A stretch of DNA of 64,000 nucleotides, from the IMG/VR virus record IMGVR_UViG_3300033407_000004, positions 1-64,000 of that record; one strand, given 5' to 3'. The DNA is from a virus (taxonomy: Duplodnaviria > Caudoviricetes). The translations under genes were made by a program, and so were the position numbers. This document shows, in pieces, positions 61,420 through 64,000 of the stretch (its first letter is position 1; each line of letters begins with the position of its first letter). Under the pieces are notes generated by a model. It had not been told where the DNA came from. It saw only the letters and a list, made by a program, of their open reading frames with translations, and searched no databases.

Positions 61420-63392
61420 AACAGATACGGCTTATTCGTTTAGAACTTCGGGATTTTCAGGGAGGATCGTTTTCGTTGGATGCGGACGGTGAGGACGTGA
61501 ACGTGTCGGGCGATAACGGAACCGGCAAAACGCGCCTCGCCTCGGCATTCTCATGGCTCCTGTTCGGGAAAGACAGCCTTGGCCGCGTTGATTTCGAGCT
61601 TAAAAATCTGGACGCCCAGGGCGAGGCCGAACACGGTCTTGAACATTCCGTCGAGGGTACGCTTTCCGTGGACGGCGAAACCGTCACTCTCAGGCGCGTC
61701 TATTCAGAATCGTGGACCAAAAAGCGCGGGTCTGCAACATCGACATTCTCCGGTCATTCAACTCAGTATTATGTTGACGGCGTACCGAAGCAGGAAAAGG
61801 ATTATAAATCGTACATTGCGGATCTCGCCGGCGACGAGTCGATATTTCGACTCCTGACAAGCCCCACGGTGGCACCTGCCCTTCACTGGCAGAAGCTCCG
61901 CGCCCTGCTTCTGGACGTATGCGGCGACATGACGGACGCCGATGTTATTGCCTCTGACGCGCAGCTTGCCCCGCTTGCAGCCATTCTCGGCAAGAAATCA
62001 ATCGACGATCACCGTAAGGTTGTGACCGCCCGGAAATCCGAAATCAACAGGGAATTGACAGCCCTGCCGGTCAGGATCGACGAGCAGCGCCGGTCCCTAC
62101 CGAACGTGACGGTACTCGACCGCGGGAAGATCACCGCAGAGATTGCCAGTCTCGAAACGTCCATCAATGCCTCAAAGCTCAAGCTCCAAGGAGTCGATAC
62201 GGGCGGTGCCATTGCGGACCTGTCTAAGAGGTTGGCCGGGGTCAATGCCGACATTCAGAAGTTGGAAAGCGGCCATTACACCGAAACGATGAAGACGGTC
62301 AACGGTTTAAATCAACAGGCTACCGAGGCCGCCGATCTGTTACGGTCTAACCGCAACCGGCTATTGTCCATTGATGGCGATACAAAAAGCCAGTTGGCGG
62401 CGATATTGTCCATCGACAAAGAGTTGTCGTCTTTGCGCGATAAATGGACTGCCGTTGATGCCGAGACGTTTCAGGACACCACCGTAGACACATGCGCGGC
62501 CTGCGGGCAGTCTTTGCCCGTGAACCGCGTCCAGGAAGCCAGAGAGAAAGCATTGGCGGCATTCAATCTTGACAAGGCTGAACGTCTTGGCCTTATCGAA
62601 CGCCGGGGCCATGATCTTGCAGAAGACAAAGAGCGTCGGCAGGGTATGGTTGACGCCTTGGGTAAAGAGCGTGAAATCGTTGGGTCGGGATTGCCGGAGA
62701 TTGCGGATAAGGTCCAGACGGTCACGGCAGAGCGCGACCTTGCTCGCAAACAGTCCGCAGACTACACGACGATCCCCGGACGCTCCGAACTTCATCTTGA
62801 GGCCGCAAGCATTCAGCGGCAGATCGAAGTTGAACGCGCCGGGCACTCTCAGGACGCCGGAAAGATACGCGAAGAAATCAGCACCTTGAGCGCTGTTCTC
62901 TTGAATGCAAAGGCCGACGCCGACAAATTCACCCGCCGCGAACAGGGCGAAAAGCGCATCGAGGAATTAAAGGAGTCGGAAAAGAAGTTGGCCGCCGAGT
63001 TCGAGAAGTTGGAAGGCGAGCTTTACCTTTGCGACCAGTTTATCAAGACAAAGGTTTCTCTCCTGAATGACCGCATCAATGGCCGGTTCGAGATTGTGCG
63101 TTTCAGGCTGTTCACGCAAAACATAAACGGCGGAATTGAACCCTCATGCGAGATCACCGTCAACGGGATACCGTACAACGGTGGGCTTAACTCGGCGGCA
63201 CGGACCAATGCAGGGCTTGATATTTGCCGCACCTTGTCGGAGCATTACGGGATACTGGCCCCTACATGGGTCGATAACGCCGAAAGCGTGAGCCACCTTG
63301 TGGACATGAAGGCACAGGTGATCCGGCTTGTAGTGAGCGAACCCGATAAAGCCCTGCGCGTGGAAATGGCGCGGCAGGCGGTAGCGGCATAG
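61416..63392 (+). CDS. SMC/SbcC-like AAA ATPase with long coiled coil
   Basis: 'GDNGTGKT' Walker A, central CAAC, 'LNSAAR', 'WVDNAES' Walker B. Confidence 0.85.
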   Translation: MKQIRLIRLELRDFQGGSFSLDADGEDVNVSGDNGTGKTRLASAFSWLLFGKDSLGRVDFELKNLDAQGEAEHGLEHSVEGTLSVDGETVTLRRVYSESWTKKRGSATSTFSGHSTQYYVDGVPKQEKDYKSYIADLAGDESIFRLLTSPTVAPALHWQKLRALLLDVCGDMTDADVIASDAQLAPLAAILGKKSIDDHRKVVTARKSEINRELTALPVRIDEQRRSLPNVTVLDRGKITAEIASLETSINASKLKLQGVDTGGAIADLSKRLAGVNADIQKLESGHYTETMKTVNGLNQQATEAADLLRSNRNRLLSIDGDTKSQLAAILSIDKELSSLRDKWTAVDAETFQDTTVDTCAACGQSLPVNRVQEAREKALAAFNLDKAERLGLIERRGHDLAEDKERRQGMVDALGKEREIVGSGLPEIADKVQTVTAERDLARKQSADYTTIPGRSELHLEAASIQRQIEVERAGHSQDAGKIREEISTLSAVLLNAKADADKFTRREQGEKRIEELKESEKKLAAEFEKLEGELYLCDQFIKTKVSLLNDRINGRFEIVRFRLFTQNINGGIEPSCEITVNGIPYNGGLNSAARTNAGLDICRTLSEHYGILAPTWVDNAESVSHLVDMKAQVIRLVVSEPDKALRVEMARQAVAA

Positions 63393-63426
63393 TAATCTAT
63401 CAATAACCCATAAAAGGAGGCTTCAC

Positions 63427-64000
63427 ATGGCACCCAACACAGCAACAGCAGAAAAGGACAAGGCATTGACGCCGACAAAGAATGCAGCGGCACCGGCGGC
63501 GGGAACGGGAACGACGCTGGCAATTCAGGCCAAGAGCATCGTCGATATTGTCGAGGCCCGCGTCCAGCAGTTCATCAAAAACGGTCAACTCGATATGCCG
63601 AAAGACTACAGCGTGGACAACGCCATGAAATCGGCGTGGCTCGTGCTCCAGAACGTCGAGGACCGTGACCACAACAAGGCGCTGGCAGTCTGCACCCGTG
63701 ACAGCGTGGCGAACGCACTGCTTGACATGGTGGTCCAAGGCTTGAACCCCGGCAAAAAGCAGGGATATTTTATCGTCTACGGAAAGCAGTTGACCTTTCA
63801 GCGGTCCTATTTCGGGGCAATGGCCGTCGCGCAGATGGTCAATCCGAAGATCGGCGAGTTCGCCTTTGCCGTGGTCTACGAGGGCGACAAGTTCAAGTAT
63901 GGTATACAGAACGGCAAAAAGATCGTAACGCTCCACGAACAGGACATTGACAGCGTGGACAAGACGAAGATAAAGGCCGCTTACTGCATCGCCCTGGACA
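63427..64000 (+). CDS. recT: RecT-family single-strand annealing protein (partial)
   Basis: Hand-translated; AAGGAGG RBS; 'CTRDSVANALLDMVVQGLNPGKKQGYFIVYGKQLTFQRSYFG'. Confidence 0.85.
   Translation, partial: MAPNTATAEKDKALTPTKNAAAPAAGTGTTLAIQAKSIVDIVEARVQQFIKNGQLDMPKDYSVDNAMKSAWLVLQNVEDRDHNKALAVCTRDSVANALLDMVVQGLNPGKKQGYFIVYGKQLTFQRSYFGAMAVAQMVNPKIGEFAFAVVYEGDKFKYGIQNGKKIVTLHEQDIDSVDKTKIKAAYCIALD

Noticed and set aside
1-64000. tRNA/rRNA genes, integrase, intI, attP/attL/attR
   Set aside because: No cloverleaf, tyrosine/serine recombinase motifs or host junction recognised; prophage versus free phage cannot be decided here

Overview
The whole 64 kb is bacteriophage (or prophage) DNA; no host housekeeping gene, rRNA, tRNA, CRISPR array, integrase or CI repressor was seen. 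Most genes lie on the - strand. Reading right to left: cro-like switch region (~60.2-60.6 kb), early/replication genes (RNA ligase, NinG-like, DUF1064-like nuclease, methyltransferases, initiator, SF2 helicase, primase Zn-finger), a nin-like accessory region, terminase, P22-like portal/scaffold/coat/gp4/gp10/ejection genes (podovirus-like morphogenesis), a 2566-aa polyvalent ejection protein, then tail-appendage and lysis genes running off the left edge. A divergent + strand arm (AAA ATPase, RecT) runs off the right edge. Two TnpB-only IS200/IS605-type elements and two HNH genes are inserted. The most unusual observations are: (1) five integron-type attC sites (47437-49908) delimiting cassettes whose genes are inverted, with stop codons on the crossover triplet and RBS/start codons inside the attC loops; (2) about ten virion-appendage-like proteins carrying Sec-type signal peptides and paired cysteines, suggesting periplasmic maturation or surface display; (3) a family of boxA-like plus terminator repeats ahead of the late operons; (4) a TnpB element that apparently split a start codon and replaced it from its own right end. 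All calls come from motif recognition by eye; no database search or folding program was run. The host looks diderm (lipoproteins, sigma70-type promoters) but cannot be named.
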